This document shows, one piece after another, positions 1 to 14,422 of a DNA stretch of 64,000 nucleotides; the first letter of the stretch is position 1, and each line of letters opens with the position of its first letter. The stretch comes from Octopus sinensis (lineage: Eukaryota), in NCBI RefSeq assembly GCF_006345805.1, contig NC_043000.1, forward strand, positions 82,088,001 to 82,152,000. The letters are read 5' to 3'. Below the pieces are notes generated by a model. It had not been told where the DNA came from, searched no databases, and was given only the letters and a program-made list of their open reading frames with translations. The position numbers and the translations under genes are program-made.

Positions 1-8
1 TAATAATG

Positions 9-81
<73 letters not shown>

Positions 82-110
82 TAATAATGATGATGATGAT
101 GAAGATGATG

Positions 111-2718
111 CTAAAAGATGTGCAAGGACATATCTTGGCGCGGAGTACCAAATAGAAAAGAAAGGGTTCAAAACTGTCATCGAAACCATAAAACAACGTG
201 TGCGGGCAAAAACATTAAATGTGCAACGCTACACTAATCGCATATCTCAGATCCAGCAAAACCGGTTATTCTCAAATAACCAGAGGCAGTTTTTTAAGGG
301 ATTAGGAGGAAATACAGAAGATAATACACCTCCTGAAGCAGAAGAAACCCACCAATTTTGGAATAACATCTGGAGGAAGAAGTTTCGCACAACCACAGTG
401 CTGAGTGGATTCATTCCGTGAGATCCGAACTCCATCACTCAAAGGCTCCACGACAGGACCATGTGCGCATAACAACGGAAGATGTAATTGCACAGATATC
501 AAACCTGCCGAACTGGAAAGCAGCAGGACCAGACGAAATTCAAGGCTACTGGCTCAATACACAAGGGAATTGTGTTGCAATTAGACAATTGCTTACAGAG
601 AGGTGCAGTTCTGGAGTAGATGAGAGAGGGAAGAACAACTAATGAAAGATCGATCAAAGAGTAATGAGATTGGCAACTACTGCCCCTTTGCTTGCCTTAA
701 CCTTTTATGGAAACTATTAACTATTCGCAGGGAAACTATATATGTTCTTTGCGGAAAACAATCTACTGCCAGTTGAACAAAAGGGATACCGAAAAGGATC
801 CAAGGGCACCAAGGACCGCTTTGTGATAGACAAGGTTGTAATGAAGAACTGTAAACGGCACCAAAAAAACTTATGCATGGCCTGGATAGACTTCAAAAAG
901 GCTTACGACATGTTGCCGCATTCGCGGATTTTGGAAACACTCGACATATGTGGAATAGCTGAGAACGTGTGTGCACTGATTAAGAAAAGCATGCCTAGTT
1001 GGGAAACACGTCTTTGCTGTAACAACCAGCACTTAGCTGAGGTAACAATCAAAAGAGTTATCTTTCAAGGAGACTATAGTTCACCTCTGATATTTGTTAT
1101 AGCCGTAACCCCATTTTCTGAAGTCCTATGCAAAATCAACGTGCACTATGAGCTGAGAAAGAATGGACCTCATCTCAACCACCTTCTCTTCATGGAAGAT
1201 TTAAAACTGTTTGCAAAAACAAAGCCGGAAATGGAGAGGCTGGCTAAGACTGCAAATGTGCAGCAAAGATATAGGGATGGAATTCAGTATCTCGAAGTGT
1301 GCGGTGCTTACTTTGAAGCTGGGGAAAAGAGTATATTGTAGGAGTGTAGAATTACCAAACGGAGAGAGAATGGAAGACCAGGATGATGATGGTCTTCCTT
1401 GGGATCATGGAGCTGGACAATATCTTGCACAGAGAAAAGAAAGACAAGGTCATCACTGCATATTTCAAGTGCCTCAAACTTCTCTTGAAATCAAACCTCA
1501 ACTCAAGGAACCGTGTGACTGCCATCAACATATGGGCTGTTGCTGTAGTCCGCTATAGTGCACCCATCCAGAAATGGACACAAGCAGAGGTTGACCAACT
1601 CGATCGTACTACCCGAAAGACAATGACAATGTATGGTGTCCTCCATCCTAAGGCAAATGTACACAGGCTTACATGAAGAGAGGTAAGGGTAGATGTGGGA
1701 TGATTAGCATACATGAATGCATCAACAGTGAAAGAGAAAACATGGCAGAATATTTGGTAAACAGCAAAGAAAACCTGCTACAGTATGCCGCTAGTGCAGA
1801 AGGAGTTAGCAAAAACGGATTGAGAGAGCTCATGAATTCTGATCACGAACAGCCAACGAGAGAGAAGAGACTCTACTCCGTATGGTCAGTTCCATTGAGA
1901 AACCAACAAATTAAAAGACCAGGAAGCATCATGAAGGTGTCTCAACAAGGGTGACCTAAAAAAGAATACTGAAAGCCTAATCATCGCTACACAGGACCAG
2001 GCATTAAATGCCAACTCAACGAAAAAGAATATGTACCACACAAGTGCAACGGATCTCTGCAGAATGTGTGGGAAGATGGTCTAAAGCGTGACTCACAATT
2101 TTAGTGCTTGTGAAACTCTTGTGCAGAAAGAGAAACGACAAGGTAGCCCCAAACTTCCACTGGCTACTATGCTGTAAGTATGGATATGAGGTTACGAGTG
2201 CTTGGTACCAACATACACCGGAAAAAGTAATGGATGAAAAGGAAAAGGCAAAAATCCTCTGGGACTTTGACTTTCAGACAGACAAGATGTTAAAGCACCG
2301 AAGGCCGGATATAGTAACCTTTAGGAGGAACAAACGCGGGTGCCTAATAATTGACGAGGCAGTGCTAGATCAACATATCATCATGAAAGAAAGAAAAAGT
2401 TGATGAATATGGAACCTGAGAATTGAGATCGCTAAGATGTGGCAGCTACGAGAGTCAAACATAACGGTTATCCCTATTGTCATCGGAGCATTGGGCTCAA
2501 TACCATCCAATCTGAAAAAAAAACATCTGAAAAACCTTAGAAATACCCTACAATCTAGATGGATTGTAAAAGTCGGCATTACTTGGAACTGCACGCATAT
2601 TGCGTAAAGTAGTGTCTGTCTGAGGTCCTTGTTGTGACTTGACAAACAGTACACACCTCTGTAGACACAATATCTTCAATCAACAACCTCACAATATTGG
2701 ATACTATGCGACGTCTAA

Positions 2719-2720
<2 letters not shown>
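111..2720 (+). mobile_element. R4/Dong-like RLE non-LTR retrotransposon (family D1), 5'-truncated, frameshifted
   Basis: Fragmented ORFs give RT motifs WKAAGPDEIQGYW, DFKKAYD, IFQGDYSSPL, HLLFMEDLKLF, then a C-terminal Cys/His knuckle and the RLE motif HRRPDIV...LIID. 3' UTR ends directly in (TAA)n; 5' flank is also (TAA)n. Confidence 0.93.
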
Positions 2721-2773
<53 letters not shown>

Positions 2774-2776
<3 letters not shown>

Positions 2777-4634
2777 TACATAGGACACTCTATGAATAAA
2801 TGGCAAACAGTGCTACAGCTCCAAACAAAAGAGGGACTTGTGAAAACCAAAGCCATCCCCATTAGAAGATACGCTCTCTCCACTCCTTTTCTGCTTGGCA
2901 CTGTCACCTCTATCGGATATGCTAAACAGAACTGGATGCGGATATAAATGTTACGGCAAAACGATCAGCCACCTTTTATATATGGATGACCTAAAACTAT
3001 ACGCTACAAATGACAAACAGTTAGAAACACTACTAAAGACAGTTCATGGATTTACCAAAGAAATAGATATGAAATGTGGTTTAGAGAAATGCGCCAAAGT
3101 AACCCTGAAAAGAGGAAAACTAGTTAAGAGTAGCAACATCACACTAGATAAAACCAATGAAATAAAAGAATTAGACCAAAGCCAAACTTACAAATACTTA
3201 GGAATCCTTGAACTAGATAAGACACAACACACACAAATGAAAGAGAAAATAAAAAAAAAAGAATATTATAGACGAATTAGATCAATACTGAAAACAGGGC
3301 TCAATGCTAAAAACAAGATAATAGGTATCAACACTTTAGCCGTCCCAGTTATAAGTTACAGCTACAATATCCTTAACTAGACACTAAATGAACTGACCAA
3401 AATAGATAGGAAAACAAGAAAAATAATGACAGGATCTAGGATGCATCACCCAAAATCTGACATAGAAAGGCTATATATACAACGTATAGATGGTGGTAGA
3501 GGCCTTATACAACTGGAAAACTACTATAAAATAACCACCATAGGACTGCAAAAATATCTACTTCAGAAGGAAGGAAAACTGATACAAATAGCGGCAAAAC
3601 AAGAGCAAAACAAAAAACTGTTCTCAGTATTTAAGGAAGCTGACAAATACAAACAAGAAATCATACCACCTAACAAATATGAAGAAGAAGAAGAAGATGA
3701 AGAAACAATAAAAGCTATAAAACAAATGAAATCCAAACTAAAAATAGAACAGCAACGAACCATGGTAAAACGATGGCAAGAAAAGCCCTTTCATGGCAAA
3801 TACTGGATTAAACTAAATGCAAAAGAAATAGACAAAGAAAAATCCCAACACTGGTTGAGAAGCTCAGGACTCAAAGCAGAGAGAGAAGGATTTTTAATTG
3901 CAGCACAAGACCAAAGCCTCCCCACCAGAAATTACCAAAAAACATGTAATGAAAAGAAACATAACAAGTAACTGCAGAATATGTGGAGATGGACAAGAAA
4001 CAATAAATCATATTATCTCTGGCTGCCCAGTCCTGGCTAAGAAGGAATATATTCACAGACACGACAGAGTTGGGACCTATATACACTGGAAACTATACCA
4101 ACATTATGGAATAACAGCAGAAAAAAGATGGTATAGGCACACACCAGAAAAGGTCACTGAAAACGAGAAAGCAACCATACTCTGGGATATGCCGATACAC
4201 ACAGATAGAGAAATTAAGGCCAACAGACCAGATATAGTTGTCAGAGATCATGAAGAAAAAAATGTTTTCTAATTGATGTATCAATACCAGCGGATGACAA
4301 CGTGTCTCTAAAAGAAATGGAGAAACTTTCAAAATACAAAGATCTGGAAATAGAGGTAACCAGAATGTGGAATCTAAAAACAGAAACAATTCCTATCATA
4401 ATAGGTGCATTAGGCATGATAAAAAATATTCAGACAAATACATAACAAAAACACCAGGACTTACAAACACATATAACATACAGAAAATTGCACTACTAGG
4501 CACTGCACACATCCTACGCAGAACACTTTCCATACAATAACCATCAGAGCATCACAACAAATCACAGCACATAACCAAGGCACACAGAGCTGCGCTCGGT
4601 AGTGAAGTGAAAGCACGATATAAAAAATATACTA

Positions 4635-4640
<6 letters not shown>
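2774..4640 (+). mobile_element. R4/Dong-like RLE LINE (family D2), 5'-truncated within RT
   Basis: HLLYMDDLKLYA, RMHHPKSDIERLY, CRICGDGQETINHIISGC knuckle, RPDIVV RLE. Several stops and frameshifts. (TAA)n on both sides. Confidence 0.95.
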
Positions 4641-4708
<68 letters not shown>

Positions 4709-4804
4709 GTGTACCTTTATCAGACGGGTAGTCATGATGGGTATATTGGGCTTCGTATATTTTACCCCAGTGTCACTTTGATGGCATGCACTGCTCTCTC
4801 ACTC
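4709..4804 (+). mobile_element. 3' fragment of 555-bp non-coding (TAA)n-embedded repeat (family S)
   Basis: Near-identical to the terminal ~95 bp of the copies at 54188-54742 and 56319-56864; ends ...ctctctcactc(AAT)n. Confidence 0.9.
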
Positions 4805-4897
<93 letters not shown>

Positions 4898-4899
4898 TA

Positions 4900-5407
4900 A
4901 TGGCCCGATGCAGTACCAAGCAGTGGCTCTATGCCCTGATGCAGTACCAGGCAGTAGCTCTCATGGCTTCTCATCTTAACTGATTGGAAGTTTTATCATG
5001 TACATTATTTTGTCTTGATATATAAAATGTGCTACAGCAAATATTCTGCTCAATAACACAGATTTGTTTGTCAGTTGTTTGACCTTAACCAGTTGAGCAT
5101 GTCCCTTGGTGGCTGGCGATATGTACATCTCTGATCACGAGCAGAAGTAGTGGGGGAGCATCATAGCCATGTGTTGAGAGGAATTCTTTGGAGTTGAATA
5201 ATTCACCCTTGAAAACATGGGTGTTTTGTTCATCCTCCTTAAACAACCCTTATTCAGGGACCTTTTGAGCGGGATGGACTACGCAACTTGAAGAAAATTC
5301 TAGCCGTGCCTGACCAGCAAGGTCACGCGCTATTTATATTGATATAAGCTCACCATGTCGCGCACATGTGGTTGCGATGTATGTGCCTGCTGTTCCCGTA
5401 TCAGACG
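4900..5407 (+). mobile_element. Family S copy lacking its 3' end
   Basis: Colinear with 50523-51010; starts with a short tandem duplication of gatgcagtacca-gcagt-gctct. Confidence 0.9.
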
Positions 5408-6135
5408 TTTAGCATGTTGTCTGTGTGTGAAACCTGCTTGCGCCTACAGAGTATCTCAACACGCATGATAGAGCAGCACAATATATTCACTGGGTAATTT
5501 GCAAAAATCTGAACTTGCTCCATGATAAAAACTGGTGGAAACACAAACCACCCCCAGTGCTTGAAAATGCTCACATCTCACTCCTCTGGAACTTGACCAT
5601 TCAAACTGACAGAAAGATAGATCCGAATAGACCAGACATTATATTGAAAGTCTTCAGGCGAAATTTATGCCTTCTCATTGATATGACTGTCCCAATCGAC
5701 ATAAATGTATCTGTGAAGACCTACCAAAAACTGAGCAAGTATAAAGATCTTGAAACAGAAATTGGCAAAATGTGGAACCATATGACTAAAACAATACCTG
5801 TTGTGATAGGTGCCCTAGGAATGATAGCAAAAGAGGCCAATTCCTACCAAGCTCAGATACCAGGAAACCCCAAAATGGCAAAAATTCAAAAGATAGTGCT
5901 CATGGGAACTGTCCATATCTTACGTAAAATACTGTTTATGTAATCTCAAATTTTAAAACAAACTCATAATTTTCTTATGTTTTCTTAAACATTCTCTAGA
6001 ACAATACTATGTACAAAACCAAATATATGGCACCCTAGGCATAACACCAACATGAACTTCTAACTTGTCTTTTGAGGTCTCAAGGTGAGACTCGGAGTCA
6101 ACTTGTGCAAATACAAAGCAAAAGTCAAACATAAA
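5408..6135 (+). mobile_element. R4/Dong-like LINE 3' fragment (family D3), RLE domain
   Basis: ORF 5515-5943: LLWNLTIQTDRKIDPNRPDII...LIDMTVP...KLSKYKDL...VIGALG...LMGTVHILRK. Followed by a 3' UTR and (TAA)n. Confidence 0.93.
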
Positions 6136-6153
6136 ATAATAATAATAATAATA

Positions 6154-6259
<106 letters not shown>

Positions 6260-6269
6260 CCTTTGTATT

Positions 6270-6470
6270 ATAGGCTCAAGGGCTGAAATTTGCGGGAAGG
6301 GGACTAGTCAATTACATTGACCCTAGCGTTTCACTGGTGCCTAATCGACCCTGAAAGGATGAAAGCCAAAGACAACTTCGGCGGAATTTGAACTTAGAAC
6401 GTGAAGTCGGACGAAATGTTTGCTAAGCATTTTCTACGATTGCGCTAAAAAATTCTGCTAGCTCACCTCG
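6270..6470 (-). mobile_element. tRNA-derived SINE family B
   Basis: Reverse complement of the family seen at 56022-56190 (gagttcaaattccgcc B-box region; ctttcatcctttc-gggtcgat core). Confidence 0.8.
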
Positions 6471-7980
6471 TTAACAAGAATAAGAACAACAAAAACAACA
6501 ACAAGGATGATAACAACAACAATAACAACAACAACAGTAATAATAAACTCCACCGATATAATCATCAAAAATCATCACCACAGTCATCAACATCAGCAAC
6601 AACAGTAGCAGCACAATGAGTAGCACCACCTCTACCACACCACCGCCGCCGCCGCCAAAACCACCACCACCACCACTACCACCACCACCACCACCACCAC
6701 CATCATCTTTATATACGTACTGATCAACTAAGACATGGCGATATTTCTTTATCATCAACGGTAGAAGTTTTATAAATCTGGAATATTCTGGATTTTGGTC
6801 AGAGCAAGATTGTGGTCGTGTGTTGGAGAAGGAATGTAATCTGTGACGTAATACATCGAGATTAGCAGATAATCTGGTGTTGCTTAGCAACGGTGGGATC
6901 TATGGGAGTCTTCAATGGCAGACTTAATGTTTTAGTGGAAGTCATGTTTATACCTTCATCTCTTTTTGTTTTACTCCACATCAATAGTTGAGGCTGTTAC
7001 ACCGAGTCTCTTATTGATCTAGGCGCGCGTGTGTGTGTGTGAGTATATATTTGTACGTATGTGTGTGTGTGTCTACGTCTATGTGTGTATGTAAGAGTAT
7101 GTGTGTATGTGCACGCGTGCGTGTGTAAGAATGTGTATATTTGTGTTGTACGTGAGTGATGTGCACGTGAATGATGTGTGAGAGAGTGTGATGTGTATGT
7201 TGATGTGAATGTGTGTGTATGCGTGTATGTGTGTGTGACTGTGTGTATGCGTGTGTGTATCTGTGAGAGAGAATGTGTATGTTGGTGCTGGTGTGTGTAT
7301 GTAAGTGTGCATGTATGTGTGTATGACTGTTTTGTATGTGTGTGTGTGTGTGTGTACGTGTATATGTGAGTGAGACGGAGAGAAAGAAAAAGGGAAAGCG
7401 AAAGAGGGAGAAAGATAGAGTGAGAGAAAAAGAGGTAGAGAGAAGATGGAAAGAGAGAAATAAAAAGATAGAGCAAAAGAGAGAGAGAGAGAGGGAGAGA
7501 GAATGCTGCGTGTGGTGTGTATGTGCTAGCCAAGAGTGAATGATGTACTACATGAGTGTTGTGCATGTTGTGTGTGCACACGCGTACACATGTGTGTGCT
7601 TGTGTGTGTTTGTGTGTGTGTGTGTGTGTGTATGTGTGTGTGTATGTGCATGCGTGTGTGTTTTTGTGTACGCGTGTTTGCGTATGTGTTATTGATGTAT
7701 ATGTGTTCGTGTTGTGTATGCATAAATGAGCTTTCTATAAGAGTGCTGTTTGAGAGTGTTATGCGTCAACGTGTGTGAGTGCAATATATGAGTGAAGTAT
7801 GTATGAGTGTGTCTGTGTGCGTGTGTTTAAGAGTGAGTTTTACGTGAGTTTGAGAGCGTGTGCGTGTGGGGTTTGCATGCGTGCTAGTGTGTATTGCGTA
7901 TCATTGTTGTACATATCTGAGGTTATTATCATATAAGAACTAATTGCATCCTTGGTTCGTTGTCGCCTCCGCGGGTGATA

Positions 7981-8370
7981 CTCTCTTTTTACTCTCTTTT
8001 ACTTGTTTCAGTCATTTGACTGTGGCCATGCTGGAGCACCGCCTTTAGTCGAGCAAATCGACCCCTGGACTTATTCTTTGAAAGCCTAGTACTTATTTTA
8101 TCGGTCTCTTTTGCCGACCCGCTAAGTTACGGGGATGTAAACAGACCAGCATCGGTTGTCAAGCGATGCTGGGGGGGGGGACAACACAGACACAGAAACA
8201 TATATATATACATATATACGACGGGCTTCTTTCAGTTTCCGTCTAGCAAATCCACTCACAAGGCTTTGGTCTGCCCGAGGCTATAGTAGAAGACACTTTC
8301 CCAAGATGCCACGCAGTGGGACTGAACCCGGAACCATGTGGTTCGTAAGCAAGCTACTTACCACACAGCC
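7981..8370 (-). mobile_element. tRNA-derived SINE family A, near full length
   Basis: Reverse complement of 45755-46155, with internal microsatellite and (aaaagagt)n-like tail. Confidence 0.9.
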
Positions 8371-9110
8371 AAAGTATGGAAAAAAGACCGCATTGCGGAA
8401 AGTCACCGTGGACTCATTGTTCCTTATGATCCTTCAAGACCAAACTGGTACTATATCCAGTTTCAGGGACAAAAGCGAAGGACATAAGATTAATGGCGTC
8501 AAGACGAAAACAGAGTTATAACTGCAGTCGTTAAAACTACTTGAGGGTTTTTGCACTGAAAAATTGGAGAAGCAAAAAGAAGAAAAAAAAAGAAACGGTA
8601 ACTGGAGGAGACGAAGGACCCTAATATTCAAGGTATGACCGATCATTGCCCCAGTGATTCCGGTAGCTTCGTCATTTGTACAACCCCGCAGGTAGCCAGA
8701 TAACTGGCCTCACCCTAGAGCCCAAAACAGGATGACGACGAGGTCCCTCTATCAGTAGCAGAGCTACCATTGTCTCGTGGTGTGCAGCAGGAGGTGGAAT
8801 AAAAGAAAACAGAGAAATTATATCCGAAAAGGAAATGCGGACCTTAACGAATCGATAAAAAGATTAAGTATCCCTCTTTCTCACAACAAGTCCTTGGGGT
8901 TCGCAGACGTGTTGCTTAGTAACGAGAATGCAATGTTTGATTTAGAAGACGGAATTTTTCCAACGCTCGAGTGTGAGAATTTTTAATTTAGTTCTCACCA
9001 ACACGCCACGACTACATGGAAGCTGAATCCACGCACTCTGGAAACTTCTCTAATTTGTTCAGCTCAAAAAAAATTCGACAACAGAACACGGTGAAAGAAG
9101 TGGCTATGCA
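8371..9110 (+). pseudogene. Possible highly decayed RT fragment (RTE-like LINE)
   Basis: Weak motif echoes in different frames: WKKDRIAESHRGLIVP, SRGVQQ (GVRQG-like), SLGFADVLLS (FADD-like). Confidence 0.35.
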
Positions 9111-9114
9111 CCTA

Positions 9115-9157
<43 letters not shown>

Positions 9158-9306
9158 CATGATCATCATCATGATCATCATCATCATTATTACTGTTGTT
9201 GTTGTTGGTGTTGTTTGCAGAAACATTCTCCTCTGGAGCAATGCAAAAAATAATATTATCTCATCTTTTCGAATATAGGAATTACACTTTCTAACGTAAG
9301 ATACTA

Positions 9307-9349
<43 letters not shown>

Positions 9350-9725
9350 TGTGTGTGCGTGTGTGTGCGTGTGCGCGCGTGTGAATGTACTACCATTAGT
9401 GGAAGAATACTTATTAGTCGTTCTCTGTGTTACGTAAGGCTGCTTTCATCTACTTATCATTTATCGCACTTTCTGTAACAGGATTTTATTCGGGATGAAG
9501 TTGTTAATCTCTATGCCGAACTTTTAATGTAGACAGTCAGGTTCTGCTTTTGTCTAGCATCGATCTTGAAAGCTGCCCTAAAGTCACAGAAGCACAGAAG
9601 ATTTTCTTCCACAAACTTAATTGTTTGCATTTGTCTCTATGCGAAATTCCATAAAATTTGCTATCTTTTAATTCACTTCTTAATAACTATACGTCAATGA
9701 AGTTCACACGATATGTATGTGAATA

Positions 9726-10579
9726 TATGTCGTATGATCAATAAGTATTCGGACTGTTGCCATAGTAACAAAACTAAAGCACGCAGAGTGAAGCCGCTTG
9801 GCGCAGATTAACCTTAAAGTTTTAATGTAGCAGCTCACTTCTGCTGTTTACAACAGTGCTTGAAAGGAAGGTATGTAGCGTGTGATCATGACAGAGAAAG
9901 TTGAGCAGAGAATCTGTATCAAAGTTTGCCAAAAGCTTGGCGATAACTGCTCAGAGGCCTACGCAAAGTTTTCAAAATGTTTTCATCGTTCTCGATACAA
10001 TTAAGGAGATCTTGTGCAAGTGAAACCCGAGTGTCTTTTTGGACAGTTGAAATCAGTTTTGACACAGACACATGTCTCATACCCAAATCTTCAGTGATAA
10101 TGGACTGAACGGAACTGTAACTTATCTGCACATCCTCTGATAACTCACGGGTGGTGATTGGATGATTTCCCGTCTCAGTTGCACGTACCTCTGTAATGTT
10201 TTCCTCAGTCCTGCTAGTTGCGTGTCTTCCAGAACGTTCGTCAATATCGATATTTTTTTGGCCATCTTGGAAACGTCTGAACCACTCGTTCACTTGCGTG
10301 CGGCTCATACACTATTCTCCATTCGCTCTCTGCAACTTTGCGTAGGCCTCTGAATAGGTATCGCTATGACAACTTTCGCTGCCATGGTCAATGTGACGAT
10401 CACACACTACACACCTTCCTTCCAAGCCCTGTTGTAAACAGCGGAAGTGATCTAGAACGTTAAAACTTAGTGTGCATGCACAGCAGAATTCAAGGTCAAT
10501 CTGTGCCGAGTGGCTCTACTTTATGTGCTTTAGCTTCGTTACTATGGAGTCAGTCCGGATACTTATTGATCAGTACATA
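9726..10579. mobile_element. mariner derivative built from two inverted left (5') ends
   Basis: Both termini read tatgt..tgatcaataagtat(t/c)cggactg inward. The plus arm encodes the start MTEKVEQRICIK; the minus arm encodes the HTH region (WFRRFQDG...ERSGR...LGMRHVS). The arms meet at ~9965-9972. Confidence 0.85.
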
Positions 10580-10598
10580 GCTATCACAATATACGAAC

Positions 10599-11023
10599 GT
10601 AGCTGGTTTTAAAATCTCTGAAACAGATTCACATAGTAACAGTACTAAACAGTAATGTTCGTTATCACTTTCACGTGGCTGTTCCATGCGGAACAAAGGT
10701 TACTACATTTTAACCCCAGGAAAACATCTTTTCCCGATGGTTAGCGACACACGACCAGTGTCTGTTTTATTACGAGTAAGGGAGCGAACCACTCCCACTC
10801 CAGCATAGCAAGATCAGTAGACCAGCTGATTCTGAGTGCATTCTCGTCCTCGGTAATGGACGCCTGCCTGCTAGAGATGGCAGCTATCCGTCCTTCTTCG
10901 CAATATATTAACAATGTAGTAACGTTTGTTCCGTATGGGAGAGCCACGTAAAAGTGGTAACGAACATTACTGTTTAGTACTGTTACTCTGTGAATCCCTT
11001 TCAGAGACTTTAAAACCATCTAC
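10599..11023. mobile_element. Foldback/MITE-like element with ~110-bp imperfect terminal inverted repeats
   Basis: 10599-10709 is the reverse complement of 10913-11023 (e.g. agtaacagtactaaacagtaatgttcgtt / aacgaacattactgtttagtactgttact). Confidence 0.8.
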
Positions 11024-11979
11024 TTTAGCTTGTTGCAAGATCAGTGACTGATTGTCGCTTCTTTGTTTATATACTGCGAGTAGGGACGGATAGTCAAGTC
11101 TTCAATGGGGTATTGTACCCATATCTTGAACAAAGAATTCAGACATGAACCACATGACTGATATTGCATCAAGTCCCTTACAGAAACGCTTCAGTGCCTG
11201 GTCCACAAGTGTGTTGTCTCATCTCCCAATTTTTTCTAAAGTTATCATAATGGCTTCTTTTCCTCGGAACGAGCTGACCTATTCAAAGGTGTCAGTGAGG
11301 ATGGGACAAACATGTCAAAAACAATCATTCCCACAGAACGATAATTTCTGGAATACTAAGAAATTAAAGAAAATTCCATTCACATCCAGCCCAAACTAAT
11401 AGCGAGCGGAGAACACTATTAAGAAAATGGAGTTTAAAATCTTTTTACCTCAATCGTCAAGTCAGTTGGACGATCTTTCCTTTAGGATCATAAAAGTACG
11501 GGATTGAAAATGAAACACACAACATGGAAGATGCAGGGAAATAATTTGGCTATTCCTGAATGACCGAAACGAATAAGTAAAATCCTAAAAGTAGGTCATT
11601 ATCAAAGATACGGTTATTATAGATTTCTATTTTCATTTCTTTACAGCATCATTTAGTTCACTTCTAAAGTAGCAGCATCGTAGAAAATAAGAAATGTCTT
11701 ATCTTAAAAAAAAGTGATACATGTCAAAGTAATTACAAATTGACAACTCATTTCCCAAAATAAACACATATTATTTGAAAGTTTACGGGCAAGAAGTTTA
11801 TGAATGGTGATGTATGTATTGTCCAGAAAAGATACACAGATATATATATATAAAACAACCATATGTGTAGAGTGTGCATAAGTATATTCATGTATATGTA
11901 CACACACACAAAACAAATGTATATGTATATATATATGCATGTATTAATGTACATATATACATATGTATGCATATATATA

Positions 11980-12054
<75 letters not shown>

Positions 12055-12088
12055 CTCTTCCCCCTCTCTGCCTCTCTCTCTCTCTCTC

Positions 12089-12159
<71 letters not shown>

Positions 12160-12610
12160 CAGCTTTTCTCAAAATTTCGAATAGAAAACGAGATATTGTT
12201 TGCTAAAGAAGTAGTAACGCTTCTTATACGTCATAACATTTTAAAATTAATGTTTCTAAAAATATCATTTCTAATTAAATACTTATAACTTATCGAAATG
12301 ATGTTTTCTTTCTTTCCTTTCACTACATTTGATTTTTAAAATGAAATAACTTCTTCTGACTAGTTTTTATACATTCCAGATCTTTTCGAAAATATTCTAC
12401 ATTTACCTCACAATCACGTATTCCCGTATTCAACAACAACAATAATACAAACAGGTGCAGGCGTGAATGTATAGTTAAGAAACTTGCTTCCGAACTATAT
12501 GGTCTTCGGTTCTCTCTCACTACGACGCACCTTGGGCAAGTGTCTCCTCCGATAGCCACGGGTGCGCCGAAGTCTTGTGAGTGGATTTGAAAACTAAAAG
12601 AAGCTTGTCG

Positions 12611-12765
<155 letters not shown>

Positions 12766-13449
12766 AACAGCAAAGAAACAACAATTGGCCAATGTAAGTG
12801 CTGAATGTATCTGCTAGAAATAGCAGCTAAATGTTCATCAAATCACACCGATGTGGTGGTGGCGGTGGTGGTGGTGGTGGTGGTGATGGTGGTGGTGGTG
12901 GCTGTGGCGATGGCAGCATCTTCATCTTAGTCGTGACAACCGGCATGTCTTTGGAATTTTAAACCAGGCAGAGTCCATCCCTCTACATGTAACGAAAGCA
13001 ATAGATTTCGGTTAGAGACAAATAGTAAGAGATTGAGAAAGATCGATTTCAAATCGAATGTTATTGACTTCGGAATGATCAAAGACTAAGTTGACGTCGG
13101 TGAAATTTGAACTCAGAGCGCTCTAACCACCGTACCAAAGGTCTGCTTCAGTCACATGCAATCTATCACATTGGGTAGTGAAGTTCCAAATATTTGATCT
13201 CTTCCCTGTTTAAGTCATCGAACTTCGGCCGTGCGCACGCGCATGTGTGTGTGTGTGTATGTGCGTGTGTGTCTCTAAGGAATTCTTGACCGGTGATTTC
13301 GGGCAATGAAAGTCCCTGACACTACATATGTACACAATTATATGCTCTAACTACTGCATCAGAGCACTTTAGCTCTTATTTCTAGCAAAGTAGGTGTTCT
13401 AACACCCTAGTCATATTTAGTGACAATTATAGTTTTCCTTTTTGGTAAC

Positions 13450-13612
13450 ACATTGCACACAACTGTGAGGTAAGAAGCTTGCTTCTCCACCACATGGTTC
13501 TGCGTTCAGTCCCATTGCGTGGAATCTTGGGCAAGTGTCTTCTACTATAGAGTCGGGCCGACCAAAGCCTTGTGAGTGGATTTCGTAGACGGAAACTGAA
13601 AGAAGCACGTTG

Positions 13613-13685
<73 letters not shown>

Positions 13686-13850
13686 TGTGTGTGTGTGTTT
13701 ATGTCCTCGAAACTTTTCGGTTCGTGAATAGAGACCGATAGAATAAGTACTAGGCTTACAAAAAATAAGTCCTGGGTGGATTTGTTCGACTAAAGGTGAT
13801 GCTCCACCATGGCTGCAGTCAAATGGCTGAAACAAGCAAAATAATAAAAG
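13450..13850 (+). mobile_element. SINE family A
   Basis: Head gtgaggtaagaagcttgct...ttgggcaagtgtcttctactatag, internal (TA)/(TG)n, 3' part aataagtac...gtcaaatggctgaaacaag. Further partial copies at ~12455, 14755, 15765, 15955, 19540, 35655, 36170, 43800, 44830, 58845. Confidence 0.85.
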
Positions 13851-14334
13851 AATGTATATATATATATATATAAATAAGAAAATGGAGAAACAAAAAATTG
13901 ACTACTTTTAGCCATAGGCTGAAACAGCTGTAAGAAGTGATTTTAATGATTTCAATAATTTATTATGACTTTATGACAATTATGACAATAATTTATATTA
14001 TAATTTGTATTCTTATCTTATATGTATTGAATTATAAGATATATATGTATGCTATTGAGGTTCTCATTTTCTTAAATGAATAAATAATCCAACATTCTAA
14101 TATCCGAAAGTTGATGAACAAACTAAATTTGTTTCTCCATTTTCTTATTTGCATTATAAATTTACGGTAAAAATATTTCTTTAGCTTCACCCGTTTAATA
14201 CAATAAATGAGTTAATTGCATTGCAATTAAAAACATTTATGTATTAAGAATCTGGGTACTTTACCAACAATATATTGGATAAATACTATCCCATAGTGGG
14301 TTACACCCATAACCCCTATCTTACTTTGTATATA

Positions 14335-14411
<77 letters not shown>

Positions 14412-14422
<11 letters not shown>

